Assembly: GCA_963804995.1 (NCBI GenBank)
Contig: CAWDSK010000001.1
Location: 608,001-672,000 of the forward strand
Source: an uncultured Acidobacteriota bacterium
GTDB taxonomy: Bacteria; Acidobacteriota; Terriglobia; UBA7540
Reading direction: 5' to 3'
Length of the DNA stretch: 64,000 bases
The first letter of the stretch is position 1. The number at the start of each line of letters is the position of its first letter. This document shows, piece by piece, positions 29,211 through 39,831 of this stretch. The notes below the pieces were generated by a model. The model worked only from the letters and a program-made list of their open reading frames with translations. It did no database searches and was not told where the DNA came from. Made by a program: the position numbers and the translations under genes.

Positions 29211-30964
29211 AGGCCATCGTTCACGGCCAACAGGGCGGGCACACCGGAGTTGCTGATGACCAGGTATATCATGCTGGTATAGGAGTTGACGGCCATGGTG
29301 GCGCTAGAGTCGCCGGCCGAAAGGGGCATGCTGCCCAGGAGTGCATTCGTTCCACCGTCAAAAACTTTGAGCGCTGGCGGGGAGGAAGAGTTGTCAACAA
29401 TGTACACGCGATTGCGTATGGGATTGACCGCAATCGGTCCGGGGCTGGAGACGGGGAGTGTGGCAAGGACCGCCTCAGTATTTCCGTCAATCACCTCGAC
29501 GCCGCTTCCCGAGAGGGGTGGGCCATACAGCCGATTGCTGCGGGGATTGACGGCACTGACCACCGCGGAGAACGGAACGCTCGAGCGGGTCAGTCCGTCG
29601 GCGGCAACTTTCCCCTCTCCTCCCGGACCCGCGAAGACGTAAGCCACGTGAGTGGCGGGGTTGACAATGATTTTGCTCATCACGCCGCCCGACCCGATTT
29701 CCGCGCTGGTCAGGGTATCGGCGCTGCCATCAATCCGAAAGACGGGGTCATTGTTTGCGCCGCACTGTGCCCCGCCCCAAACCAGGTTGCGGCTGGAGTC
29801 CACGGTGGTCTCGACCGGGCAGCCAAATCCCTGGACGGTGGTTATCAAATGGCCGTCCACGGAGCTGTAAACGTAGATCAAGCCGCCGTAAACGCCCGCG
29901 GCGTAAATCTTGCCGGTAGCGGGATTCACATGGGCGCCCGACCCCGTTCCCAGCGTCGAGATAACCCGATTGGTGTTGCCGTCAATCATCGCCACCTGTT
30001 GTCCGGCGGAGGCGCCGCCACTGGTAAATACCTTATTGGTATTCGGATCGACATCGACGTAGATGGCAGCACTTGCGGGGAGCCCGGTACGTGCGACGGT
30101 AAGCATAGCGCGGGACGATGGAACGCCACCTTCGCCAAGCAGGGTGCCCGTGGCGGTGATGCCCTCACCGGACCAATCCCAGCCGAGAGAGTTGCCCTGC
30201 AGGGTGACTTTGAGCGTTCCCCCGTCGACGCAGTTGTCCTTACCGTAGGTGATATGTTCCGTATACGAAAGGGTGGAACCTTCAAACCCCCGGAACTCCA
30301 GGGAGCCGCCACAGGTAAACGTGGGGTAGTCAATCGTGCCACCGCTTGCGCCCTGGAGTTCCATCATCACCAGGAAGGTATGGACAACGGGCTTATCCTG
30401 CGCCACGGTGCCATGCCATTTTCCCGTTAAGAACCGGCTGGAGGGCGACGTGCCCAATTCCTCAAGAGCTGCCTTGACCGTGGACGCTTGCCCGGCCACG
30501 GCCGTGAAGGGCCGTTCGAAATCCTTCCGGCCCGCCTGGGAGATCTTGAGCATATGGTCGCCGGGCTTCAGATTCACCATCACCAGGCGTCCCTGGGAGC
30601 TGGCTTGTCCTTGAAAGTCGCCGTCGACGTAGACCAGGGCGTCGGGCGAGGTTTCAATCACCAAGCGCGCCGGCTGCGGGGCCAATTTCCGCAAGATGGC
30701 GAGCAAGTCATCCGTCACTCCGGCGGCGCGCAGCTCCTCCTCTACCTGCTGTGACAGATCAAAACTGATCCCTCGTTCGCGCACAATGTCGATCACACGG
30801 GCGGGCGGGACACCTCCCTTCAACAATTGCACGACTTCATCCTTGGAAACCGGCTTGCGCGGATCTTGCGGGCCCGCCGCGAGCGGGATGAGAATGGTAA
30901 ACAGCACCAGAACGAGGGCAAGGTTGCGCCCCATGGTATGAACCAGAGATCCGGGATTTAGCAT
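29207..30964 (-). CDS. Secreted PEGA-domain plus YncE-like beta-propeller protein
   Basis: Signal peptide, LVIETSPDALVYVDG (PEGA), repeated VNP.T..IY blades; AGGAG RBS before MLNPG. Confidence 0.75.
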   Translation of the reverse strand: MLNPGSLVHTMGRNLALVLVLFTILIPLAAGPQDPRKPVSKDEVVQLLKGGVPPARVIDIVRERGISFDLSQQVEEELRAAGVTDDLLAILRKLAPQPARLVIETSPDALVYVDGDFQGQASSQGRLVMVNLKPGDHMLKISQAGRKDFERPFTAVAGQASTVKAALEELGTSPSSRFLTGKWHGTVAQDKPVVHTFLVMMELQGASGGTIDYPTFTCGGSLEFRGFEGSTLSYTEHITYGKDNCVDGGTLKVTLQGNSLGWDWSGEGITATGTLLGEGGVPSSRAMLTVARTGLPASAAIYVDVDPNTNKVFTSGGASAGQQVAMIDGNTNRVISTLGTGSGAHVNPATGKIYAAGVYGGLIYVYSSVDGHLITTVQGFGCPVETTVDSSRNLVWGGAQCGANNDPVFRIDGSADTLTSAEIGSGGVMSKIIVNPATHVAYVFAGPGGEGKVAADGLTRSSVPFSAVVSAVNPRSNRLYGPPLSGSGVEVIDGNTEAVLATLPVSSPGPIAVNPIRNRVYIVDNSSSPPALKVFDGGTNALLGSMPLSAGDSSATMAVNSYTSMIYLVISNSGVPALLAVNDGL

Positions 30965-31137
30965 TTGCACTCCTACTGCGGCCAGAAAGCAGGTGGGCCC
31001 CGGCATGCCAACCGCCGGCTGCTCTGCGAGGGAAACGTGTCTCATTGCGGCGTCGGCGCGCCACAACGCATAGGATTGTACACCTTATTAACCGGACGGG
31101 AGGGAATGTTGCTAACCCCGTGCTCGGGGTGGTGGGG

Positions 31138-32474
31138 CTAATCCGTGAAAAGGGCGGGAGAGCGCGCGACGTAGCGGACCGGCTTCTTAAGCTTCGTAAT
31201 ACGGCCTTCGCGGACCCCCCTAGCGAGCCAATCCTTGATTTGCAAGGAACGTACCCGCATGTTATCGGCAAGCCATTCGTCTGTTCGAGGTTCCTTAAGG
31301 AGGATCAACATCTGTTCGATGACCAGGATGTAAGCGTCACAACAATATTGCTCTGCGGCGGCGGGCGGCGGGGTCTCTTCTGCCGGCTTGACAGTTTCCA
31401 CGGATGGCGGAACCGTTGCCTCTGTGCTTGGTTCTGCGGAAACTGGAGTGTCTTTGATGGCTTCAACCTCCTTGTCTCTGTGCTCTTGCTCTAAAGGGGA
31501 TCGCTGAGCTGACGAAGAAAAAAGTTGCCCATTCTCATCTTCCGGCGCAGTGAAAAGTGCGCGCAGATTCTCCCACGGCTCCGCAGGAAATGAGATCCCT
31601 CCCCTGCGGAGCAACCTGGGATTTCCTGGGGCCAGGGCTCCCGTGGATTTGACGAACACCTTCACACGACCGTGCTGAAGTGCCTCCGTAGCTCCCGCCC
31701 ACGTACCCCCCGTTTCGGCTGAGCTGGCCACCACCAACGCAGCATCGCCCAGGCCATAGAGCAGCTTGTTTCGGTCCATGGCCGCATAGGCGAACCATCT
31801 CGAATCCGGGTCGTAAGGAGACACCAGGGTCAATCGATCACTCACGAGGTCTGAGCGGTACTGGCCCGAAGTGGCTGTCCTGGCTAAGCCTTCCGCAAGA
31901 ACTCCCAAAGCCCAACCGCCGGACTCAGAGCACCGGACATCGCTTCGCGGTCAATCCCCTTGGCTGCCCCGGAAATAATTGCAATGCCTTCTTTCGCACA
32001 ATGCTCGCCAATCCGGCGGGCGAACTCGCCGTCCTCTTCCGAGCGCTCACGGGACCCCACAACTACCAGGCCCCCACGGTTAAGCAGCTCCTTTGAGCCA
32101 ACTCCATAGAGGAGCGGCGGAGCCGTTTGCCCGAGATACCTCTTCAGACGTTCCGGATAGCAGGCGTCACTGCGACTGATCACCCAAAGTCCGGCTCTCT
32201 CCCACCTCTCGACGATCAAGGCAAGAGCGGCGCCGCGGTCCAGCAGATGTGCGACACGAACCGAATCCACTTCCGGGGACAGAAACCCCTCGAGCCTGCT
32301 CCGGCAATCCGTGCTTAACAGGTCACCCGGCCGCAAGCCCTGGCTCTTCAGCCACGACGCCAGGGCATTGTACTGCCGGAGGCCGAGGGGTTTCACTCCG
32401 TTGCCACCCCTTTGGCCGAGTTCTGCGCAAAGCAGGAGAACTGCTTGTGTGTCCGGCGTCAGAGTCGACTCCAC
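31138..32474 (-). pseudogene. dprA: DprA/Smf-like protein split by a -1 frameshift near 31926
   Basis: YPERLK...PPLLYG.G...VVGSR...ISGAAKGID; continues in another frame as ESGGWALGVLAEGL...AMDRNK...GGTWAGA. Confidence 0.85.
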
Positions 32475-32483
32475 TCGAATCTC

Positions 32484-34580
32484 CTAATCACCATCATCCG
32501 ATGAACTGTCCGCGAGTGCAAATGGATAGACGGGCCCACTCCCGGCTTTACGCAACCAAACTGTCAGCACCGTAAGCGTCCACCTAGAATCTACCATATC
32601 ATCTATCAACAAGACGGGCTCCGGTCTGACCATAGCTCCATCCCCATCGAAAGCCCCTGCGATATTATGAACCTGGTGGAAGCTGTTGGCCCGTGTCTTC
32701 TGGGGCTCAGTGTCCCTCACCTTTCGGATACATTCCACAAACGGAAGCCCCAACCGATGGGCAAGCCGACGGGCGAAGTCGGGAACAAGAGTCTGATGCT
32801 GCCTCGACGCCACGCATGTCAACCAACATGGTGCAGGGTCGGGCTTCCAGCGATTCCTGATCATACGCGCGGCTGCCTCGACAAGTTGATCGTCGAAACG
32901 GTGATCCCGCTGTTTGCCACGCCGCACAAGCTCCCCGAAGCCAGGGGCGCCCCAGCGGCAGAGTGCGCGCCCTTCCAGCGCCTGGTGCTCCGGCGCAATG
33001 TTCCCTTTCATTGCTGGATCGGGGAGGCCAGCGGGCCATCTTTTGCGCGGCAGGATAACGTTTTCCAGCCGATTGAGGAACTCCGCCGCTGCCTGAGCAA
33101 GATCCTCCGGGTAATCTTCCGGTAAAAGCCGGCCCACGCAGCTTACACACTTGCCGCAAGGTGCGGCATTTGGATCGCTGAGCTCCGCCGCCAGAAACTG
33201 CATCAGACAATCCCGCGTGCCCATGTAGGCGCTCATCCGTTCCTGCTCTTGCCGGCGCAGGTTCGTAATACGTTCGATCCGATCCACGGGCATCTGCCAG
33301 CGCACAGGGTTCAGGACGTAAGCCGAACCCCGTCCGGAGGGGATCCTTTGGATGGGCGCAGGAGATTCGAGCAGTAAGAACTTCAGTATCTTTTCGGTCT
33401 TCCCTTTCGACAGATTCAATCGTTGCTGTAGATTGGGCACCGTCAGCGCCCCGTTTGCAGCCCGCATCGCCGCCAGAAGTTGGTCCACCTCATCTGCGCT
33501 CGGGAAGGCCGTCCGGATGAAGTAGTCGGCGATTTCGTTGTCTTCTTCCCCGTTCAGCAGAATGCCGTAGGCATTATCGACCGCGCGTCCAGCGCGCCCC
33601 ACCTGCTGGTAGTAGTGCACGACCGAGGCGGGCCGCTGGAAGTGGATGACGAATCCAAGGTCCGGCTTGTCAAAACCCATTCCGAGAGCGACCGTAGCCA
33701 CCAGCGCTTTCACTTCATTATTGAGCAGCCGGTTTTCCAAGGCTTCTCGTTGTTCTGTCTCCTGGCCGCCGTGATAAGACTCCGCGTCGATGCCTTGAGA
33801 CTCGAGCCATTCCGCCAGGCGCTCTGAGTCTCGAATCGTGAGCGTGTAGACGATGCCGCTTCCGGGCAGGCCGGGAAGAATGTTCGCAAGCCAAGCCATC
33901 CGCTCCGCCTGCGAACGAAGGTATATGTTCTGGAGACCTAGACTGACCCGGGTCAAGGGGCCCCTTTGAACCTCTAAGTTCGGTCCGAGCTGTTGAAGGA
34001 TATCTTTCACGACGCGATCGTTTGCCGTCGCGGTTGTGGCCAGCACTGGGATATTGTGGGGAAGGGCTCTTAGGATCCTGACGATCCTCTGGTAGTCGGG
34101 GCGGAAGTCATGGCCCCAGTCGGAGATGCAGTGGGCCTCGTCAACGACGAAGAGGCCAACCCTATTGGCAATGGGAAGAAGGCATTGATTGACAAAGTCA
34201 TCGTTGGCCAGCCGTTCCGGGGATATCAAGAGCAAGTCAAACTGGTTGTTCCGTAGCCCATCCTCAATCCACAGCCAATCCTCCTGATTGGTGGAATTGA
34301 TCGTCTCCGCTTTGACCCCGATGTTTCGTGCCGCCGCGATCTGGTTCCTCATCAGCGAAAGGAGAGGCGAAATCAGAAGCGTGCATCCGGCCCCTTGATC
34401 GCGAAGGAATTTGGTGGCAAGGAAGTAAACCAAGCTCTTGCCCCATCCGGTTCGCTGAACCACCAACAGCCGCGCGCGCCTTTGCACCAGGGCGGAGATT
34501 GCCTCCCATTGTCCGTCGCGGAACTCTGCGTCAGGATTCCGTAATGCCTGGCGTAGGAGAGTAATCGCATGTGTCCGCAT
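32484..34580 (-). CDS. RecQ-family helicase with C-terminal phosphoribosyltransferase (ComF-like) domain
   Basis: QRTGWGKS, DEAHCISDWGHDFRP, YYQQVGRAGR, CGKCVSC; C-terminal VLLIDDMVDSRWTL. Confidence 0.9.
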   Translation of the reverse strand: MRTHAITLLRQALRNPDAEFRDGQWEAISALVQRRARLLVVQRTGWGKSLVYFLATKFLRDQGAGCTLLISPLLSLMRNQIAAARNIGVKAETINSTNQEDWLWIEDGLRNNQFDLLLISPERLANDDFVNQCLLPIANRVGLFVVDEAHCISDWGHDFRPDYQRIVRILRALPHNIPVLATTATANDRVVKDILQQLGPNLEVQRGPLTRVSLGLQNIYLRSQAERMAWLANILPGLPGSGIVYTLTIRDSERLAEWLESQGIDAESYHGGQETEQREALENRLLNNEVKALVATVALGMGFDKPDLGFVIHFQRPASVVHYYQQVGRAGRAVDNAYGILLNGEEDNEIADYFIRTAFPSADEVDQLLAAMRAANGALTVPNLQQRLNLSKGKTEKILKFLLLESPAPIQRIPSGRGSAYVLNPVRWQMPVDRIERITNLRRQEQERMSAYMGTRDCLMQFLAAELSDPNAAPCGKCVSCVGRLLPEDYPEDLAQAAAEFLNRLENVILPRKRWPAGLPDPAMKGNIAPEHQALEGRALCRWGAPGFGELVRRGKQRDHRFDDQLVEAAARMIRNRWKPDPAPCWLTCVASRQHQTLVPDFARRLAHRLGLPFVECIRKVRDTEPQKTRANSFHQVHNIAGAFDGDGAMVRPEPVLLIDDMVDSRWTLTVLTVWLRKAGSGPVYPFALADSSSDDGD

Positions 34581-34890
34581 ACTGGGCCAACTGAGGGGCA
34601 AAGTTGTTTGGAAAGCTTTGTTCCAAAGGCTTCTGGCGCGCGAAGCCAAGAATACGTTGACTAGAACGCCCGGTCAACCTTCGAGTCATCAGCACCCCGA
34701 CGAGCTATTTCCGTGTCATGGTCGCTGGTGAATCCTGCTTCCCCATAGATCTCATGTGTGGGCAAGCCTTAAATGTGGCCCGGCCTGTCACCGTGGGCAA
34801 TTGCGCCGGAGCGACGGCGGACACAGAAACTATACCGAGTGGGTAATTCGCTGGATTTGGAGCGAATCGTCCTTACCGGAAATCAACCCA

Positions 34891-36093
34891 CTACGGCTCC
34901 TGGCACTCTTGCAGTTTGGCGCTTGCCCACAGGATTCCTTCCAGGGAAAATCCCACCAGGAATCCCCACATGAGGTTGGTGGTAAGGAGAGAGACCAGGC
35001 CCACCGCGACGGCAATCAGGAACTGCGCCCGGCGCTTGAAGATGTCGCGCAGGTAGGCGGCATGCTGGACACCGACATACACCAGGAAGACTCCCAGCAC
35101 CGCCACCGGGATTAACTGCAACAGGCCGATGGCAGCGCGCCCGAAGAGAGCCAGCATGATACACACACCGCCAATCACATAGCTTGACTTGGGGGAGCGC
35201 GCGCCGAAGCGGTAATGCGCCGTGACTCCTCCCGATCCGTGGCAGAGCGGTGAACCCAGGATGGCAGCGGTGGCGAGGTTAACGAATCCGATACTCAGGC
35301 TGAGGGCCCGCACCGTGACGCGCCGTGCCTGCTCACCATAGAGGATCCGCGCGGTGTTTTCCGTGGCCACGATGGAGTTTCCGAAGGTGAGGGCGAATTG
35401 CGGGATGACCAGCAACGGCAGCACCCGCTTAAGCTCGGCCAGTTTGGGGTGCAACAACTCCAGAGGCACCACGCCAAAGCCCAGCGCGGGAAGCTTGCCC
35501 CAGGCGAGCGCCACACCCACGGCGATACCCGAGGCCAGCAATACCAGCGCTGCGGGAAAACGGTGAGATTGCCGGAACGCGATTAATAAACCGGCGCCCG
35601 CGAGGGCAATGATCAACGACGTGGGCTGGATGCCGGCAAGTGTCAGCCCCGACCGTGTTCCCAGCACCAGGCGCAAACCCTCCCGGATCAGCAGCAGGCC
35701 AAGCCCCAACTGGATGCCCCGGACAATCGGCAGGGTGAAGAGCTTGGCCAGCCATCCGGCCAGGTTCGTCACGCCCACCAGAAGCAGCAGGACGCCCATC
35801 AGCAGGCCGGCGCTGGCAATGGCGGAAGGAGTGAGCGACAGGGCCAGGGCAATTGCCGCCACCGCCTTAAAGGGCTGGACGGCCATCGGAATCCTGAAGT
35901 ATCGCGCCGTGATGCAATAGGTCAACCCGGCGGTCAGAAACACTGCCGTGGGATTCAGGTGGTTGAGGGTAATCAGGGCGATGGCGATGGGAAAGAGCAC
36001 GCCAATGTCGCCAAACGCCCCGGCCACATCCAGGCGTGTCAGTGGCCAGGCGAACCCGGCCGCTCGTGTTTCGGCATCGGTCGCGGCAGGCAA
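34891..36093 (-). CDS. Molybdate transporter (MOT1/sulfate-molybdate family)
   Basis: GAFGDIG, PMAVQPFKAVAA, PLCHGSGG.TAHYRFGARS. Confidence 0.85.
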   Translation of the reverse strand: MPAATDAETRAAGFAWPLTRLDVAGAFGDIGVLFPIAIALITLNHLNPTAVFLTAGLTYCITARYFRIPMAVQPFKAVAAIALALSLTPSAIASAGLLMGVLLLLVGVTNLAGWLAKLFTLPIVRGIQLGLGLLLIREGLRLVLGTRSGLTLAGIQPTSLIIALAGAGLLIAFRQSHRFPAALVLLASGIAVGVALAWGKLPALGFGVVPLELLHPKLAELKRVLPLLVIPQFALTFGNSIVATENTARILYGEQARRVTVRALSLSIGFVNLATAAILGSPLCHGSGGVTAHYRFGARSPKSSYVIGGVCIMLALFGRAAIGLLQLIPVAVLGVFLVYVGVQHAAYLRDIFKRRAQFLIAVAVGLVSLLTTNLMWGFLVGFSLEGILWASAKLQECQEP

Positions 36094-36095
36094 AA

Positions 36096-36563
36096 TCAGG
36101 ACCTCCGGGGCAGGGGGCGGATGATCATCACTTCAGTGGCCTTGATGAGCGCCGCCGCGGTATCACCCACCTTGAGGTCGAGATCCCGGCAGGCGTCGCG
36201 CGTGATGATGGAGGTAATAGTTTGCCCACCCATGTCGAGCACTACCTTGGCGAGCAGGCCAACGACTTCCAGTTTGATAATCCGGCCCACGAGTTGATTT
36301 CGCCCGCTGATGACATGCTCAAGGCCCGCGCCCATGCCAGAAATGGGAGGCGAGGGCGATGCCGACCCATGCCCCGCTGCGGAGGTCTTCCTCGTTCCCT
36401 TCTGAAAGAGCAGCCGGTCGACTTCCGAGTGCGGGATGCGGTGGTGGCCCCCAGGTGTCTGGACGGCCCGGACCTTGTTCTTGTAAATCCATTGTTTCAG
36501 GGTCGGATAACTCACGCCCAACAGCCGAGCGGCTTCCGGCAGGTGGAGAAGTTCCATGGGCAA
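36096..36563 (-). CDS. Excisionase-type HTH plus TOBE domain molybdate regulator
   Basis: EAARLLGVSYPTLKQWI...TPGGHHR; SGRNQL...SIITRDA..L.LKVGD...IKATEV. Confidence 0.88.
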   Translation of the reverse strand: MPMELLHLPEAARLLGVSYPTLKQWIYKNKVRAVQTPGGHHRIPHSEVDRLLFQKGTRKTSAAGHGSASPSPPISGMGAGLEHVISGRNQLVGRIIKLEVVGLLAKVVLDMGGQTITSIITRDACRDLDLKVGDTAAALIKATEVMIIRPLPRRS

Positions 36564-36735
36564 GGGTATCTCCTAATTTAGGCGATTGCAAAAGCTAAGT
36601 CTATACGGGTTGATACGGGTGGGCAAGGGAAAGGCGGTCGGGTCCTCGCTGCCCAATGGCCTGTTGAGATCTTCCCGTTCTGTCCCTCTTTATCTGTGCG
36701 ACACAAAAACGCTTGTCGCGTATATAATCCCGCGC

Positions 36736-38868
36736 ATGCGCCGAGTTTACTTGCTTCTCTTCAGCCTGATTATTTGCGCGCCGCAAACCGTCACTTCCGC
36801 CCACCGCAGCGAAGCGGCCGCTACCGTCAATTACCCTTGCGTCCCTCAAGCTTTGATTCTCTCCATTACTGGGAAGCACTATCCCGGGATCACGCGCGCG
36901 CTTTCCAGCGTGGGATTCCGGGTGCGGGAGGTTTCGGCTGCGACCTACGTTTCGTCCCAACGGGCGACTGAACTGCTTCTCATTGTCCCCGAATCGGAAG
37001 GCCAGCAGATTGAGCCACCGCTTATCCAATCCATCCTTAAGGACGTTGAAGGCGGGATGCCCTTGCTGCTGGATGGGGCGACGCCGCTCACGGCAGAGCT
37101 CGGGGTCAATGCCACAGGGGCGCGTGGCGACCTCACCAAGTATCGTTGGGACCACTACGCCGAAGACCCCCTCCGCCTACCGGGCCGGTTGACCTATCCA
37201 CGCTTCAAGGAGAACGCTGCCCTTCAGGTGTTGGCTCTCGACCCGAAGAACCATGCGCCGCTGGTAGTCTCGGGCAGCCGCGGGCAAGGACGATTCATCG
37301 CGAGCGCCATTCCGCTGGAACCGCACGCGGGGATGCTTTTCGAATACTTGCCCTTCCTGGCGCAAGCGATCGTGGATGAGCTGCACGTCACTCCTACGAT
37401 TGCCGCAGACAATCTTTGTGTTTACGTGGACGCGGGCGGTGAACCGAGGGTTGATCCAGCCATTGTGGTTGCCCAACTGAAGAGTTGGTCGGTCCGCGAG
37501 GTGCATCTCGGCGCCTTCTACGAATCGGAGATGTTCCAGGATTTCGCCCGACGCTTCATCGAAGCCGCCCATCGCGAGGGCATCGCGGTCTACGCGTGGC
37601 TGGAATATCCCATGGTCAGCGAAGAGTTCTGGAAACAGCATCCCAAATGGCGTGAAGTCACGGCCAGCGGCCAACCCGCGATCATGGACTGGCGTTATCA
37701 CATGGCGCTGGAAGATCCTGACTGCCTGCGCGCCGTGGTCGAGTTGACCCGGCACCAGGTGCTGGATTTCGATTGGGACGGCGTGGACTTTGCCGAGCTG
37801 TACTTTGAGGGGGCGCCCGGCATCTTCAAAGATCCGGAAGATTTCACCCCGATGCATCCCACGTTTCGCAAAATGTTCCAGGAGCGGTACGGCGTCGACC
37901 CGCGCGAGCTGTTTGACTCCGAGTCACCAAATTATGGCCTTAAGAATCCCAAGCTGCGGAGCGCGTTGCAGGAATTTCGCGTCGAGCTCATCACCCGGCT
38001 GACCGACACCATCCTCGAAACCCTGGCGAGTTGCCAGGCGGTGAAACCCTATCTTCAAACCACCCTCACTATCGTGGATGCGCTCAGCGACCCCGCGGTG
38101 ACCGAGCGGTTCGGGATCGATCCTGATCGCCTGATTGCTCTGCAAAAGAAATTCGGCTTCGCGGTCGAGATCGAGGACCCCTACACGGTGTGGAATTCCG
38201 GCCCTGACCGCTATCGCACAATTGGCGAGCATTATCGTGGGCGGCTGCAGCCCGGCACCCTGCTTTCCATCGATATCAATGTCACGGACCGAATGCCGCC
38301 CGGCCGCCCGCTGGATAAGCCTCGCGGGTTGGAACTCTATGCCTTGGTCTCCACGGTTGCCGCCCACGTGGACTTGCTCACACTTTACGCTTTCAGCACT
38401 CTCTCGCCCGATGACATGCGGCTGGTCCCCTTTGTTCTGGGTACACAGCAGTTCGCGGGCGAGATTGGCGAAAGCGGGGCGGTTGAGGCCCAGCGACAAC
38501 TCTTCTGGCGCACCGACGCTCGCGGGAGAACCGCCTACCTGGATGGCCGGGAATGGCCTTGCTGGTCCGATACTCAAGTTCTCATTCCGGCGGGAGCGCA
38601 CAGCGTCTCGACACGCCCACGGGCAGAAAATGCCGGGCCGGAGGCGTTGCGGATTGAATCCATTAACGGCACAATCCTGGCGGCAGAAAGGGCCGGCCAG
38701 CGCGTGACCCTTACCTATGAATCTCGCGGACGCTGCTACGTGACCCTGAACCGTCAACCAACTACCGTCCTCTGTGATGGCGCCTCTGGCCTCGGCAAGG
38801 TGATCAGCGATGGACAGCACGTGTGCCTCGAGCTGCCGCAGGGCAAACATACTGTCGAAGTTGAGTAA
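36736..38868 (+). CDS. Secreted hypothetical protein with putative glycoside-hydrolase-like TIM barrel
   Basis: Signal peptide MRRVYLLLFSLIIC; FIEAAHREGIAVYAW...HPKW...FDWDGVDFAELY. Confidence 0.65.
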   Translation: MRRVYLLLFSLIICAPQTVTSAHRSEAAATVNYPCVPQALILSITGKHYPGITRALSSVGFRVREVSAATYVSSQRATELLLIVPESEGQQIEPPLIQSILKDVEGGMPLLLDGATPLTAELGVNATGARGDLTKYRWDHYAEDPLRLPGRLTYPRFKENAALQVLALDPKNHAPLVVSGSRGQGRFIASAIPLEPHAGMLFEYLPFLAQAIVDELHVTPTIAADNLCVYVDAGGEPRVDPAIVVAQLKSWSVREVHLGAFYESEMFQDFARRFIEAAHREGIAVYAWLEYPMVSEEFWKQHPKWREVTASGQPAIMDWRYHMALEDPDCLRAVVELTRHQVLDFDWDGVDFAELYFEGAPGIFKDPEDFTPMHPTFRKMFQERYGVDPRELFDSESPNYGLKNPKLRSALQEFRVELITRLTDTILETLASCQAVKPYLQTTLTIVDALSDPAVTERFGIDPDRLIALQKKFGFAVEIEDPYTVWNSGPDRYRTIGEHYRGRLQPGTLLSIDINVTDRMPPGRPLDKPRGLELYALVSTVAAHVDLLTLYAFSTLSPDDMRLVPFVLGTQQFAGEIGESGAVEAQRQLFWRTDARGRTAYLDGREWPCWSDTQVLIPAGAHSVSTRPRAENAGPEALRIESINGTILAAERAGQRVTLTYESRGRCYVTLNRQPTTVLCDGASGLGKVISDGQHVCLELPQGKHTVEVE

Positions 38869-38947
38869 GGATAGGGGAAGGATTCAGATGGGTGTTTGGA
38901 CGCTTTCCGCGGGCACCTGCCGCCGCAAGTCAGAAGCGGCGTAGGTG

Positions 38948-39341
38948 CTACGCCGGCTGGTGCAGCTTGAGGCCACAGAGCTTGGCCATACGCACGAAGT
39001 CGCGATCGAGGGAGAACACTGTAGCGCCGTTCTCTGCGGCAATGGTGGCAATAATGGCGTCCGTCGTAGTCAGGGTGACGCCCCGCGATCGCGCCGACCT
39101 GAAGAGGGCTGCGGAACCCCGGTAGGTGTCGAAGCCGCTGGCTTCCAGCAGGTCAAAAAGGGCGAGGAAGCCTTCGATACGCTCAACGTCCCGCCTCAAA
39201 CCTTGAAGGATCTCGCTCACGACCACGCCGGTGATAGCGAGCGGCGCCCCCTCGTCAATCAGGCGGCGAAGCTCGCTTCCCGCTGCACCCGGTTCGAGCG
39301 CTGAGAAAATCGATCCAAACCGAGCTGTCCACCAGGATCAA
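38948..39341 (-). pseudogene. vapC: VapC/PIN toxin with a +1 frameshift near 39294
   Basis: MILVDSSVWIDFL; other frame PGAAGSELRRLIDEG...EILQG...TTDAIIA...SLDRDF. Confidence 0.82.
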
Positions 39342-39538
39342 GCGCGGTTCCTCCGCATCGCACGCAAATCGCCCTTCCAGACGCCGCGACCGTAATAACG
39401 CAACAGCCCTTTGCGCTTTTCCGTCCTCACCAGCAGCTCCAGGGCCCGGTCTACAATGGCGCGCTTGGTCTTGAGCCCGGTGAGGCCCTGTGCCTCGCGA
39501 ACCAGTTGGTCGTTCATCTCGATGTTCGTCCTGCTCAT
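39338..39538 (-). CDS. vapB: VapB-family antitoxin
   Basis: MSRTNIEMNDQLVREA...TKRAIVDRALE...WKGDL..MR. Confidence 0.88.
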   Translation of the reverse strand: MSRTNIEMNDQLVREAQGLTGLKTKRAIVDRALELLVRTEKRKGLLRYYGRGVWKGDLRAMRRNRA

Positions 39539-39662
39539 GCTGATTATCATACACCAAAAGTGCATATTTATGTGTATGGACCTTAGGGGTGCCGTTTGAT
39601 GAAGGGGCGATTCTACGGCCGATCCTCGGACGGCAGACTCCCTGCCAGCAAGAAAAGCGAGC

Positions 39663-39748
39663 GTAGCGCGGACCTGTTTTGAAGGTCCGCGGTTCATCCC
39701 ATATTGACAATCAAAAGCCGCGGACCAGCCGAACAGGTCCGCGCTACA
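39663..39748. repeat. REP doublet related to the 6.7-7.3 kb unit
   Basis: GTAGCGCGGACC...GGTCCGCGG and CCGCGGACC...GGTCCGCGCTAC. Confidence 0.75.
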
Positions 39749-39831
39749 CCTATTTGGGCGAATTGCCCTCCGCTGCCAAAACAAAAAGGGCGGGCACATG
39801 GCCCGCCCCTCTTCATGAATATGACTTTGCT

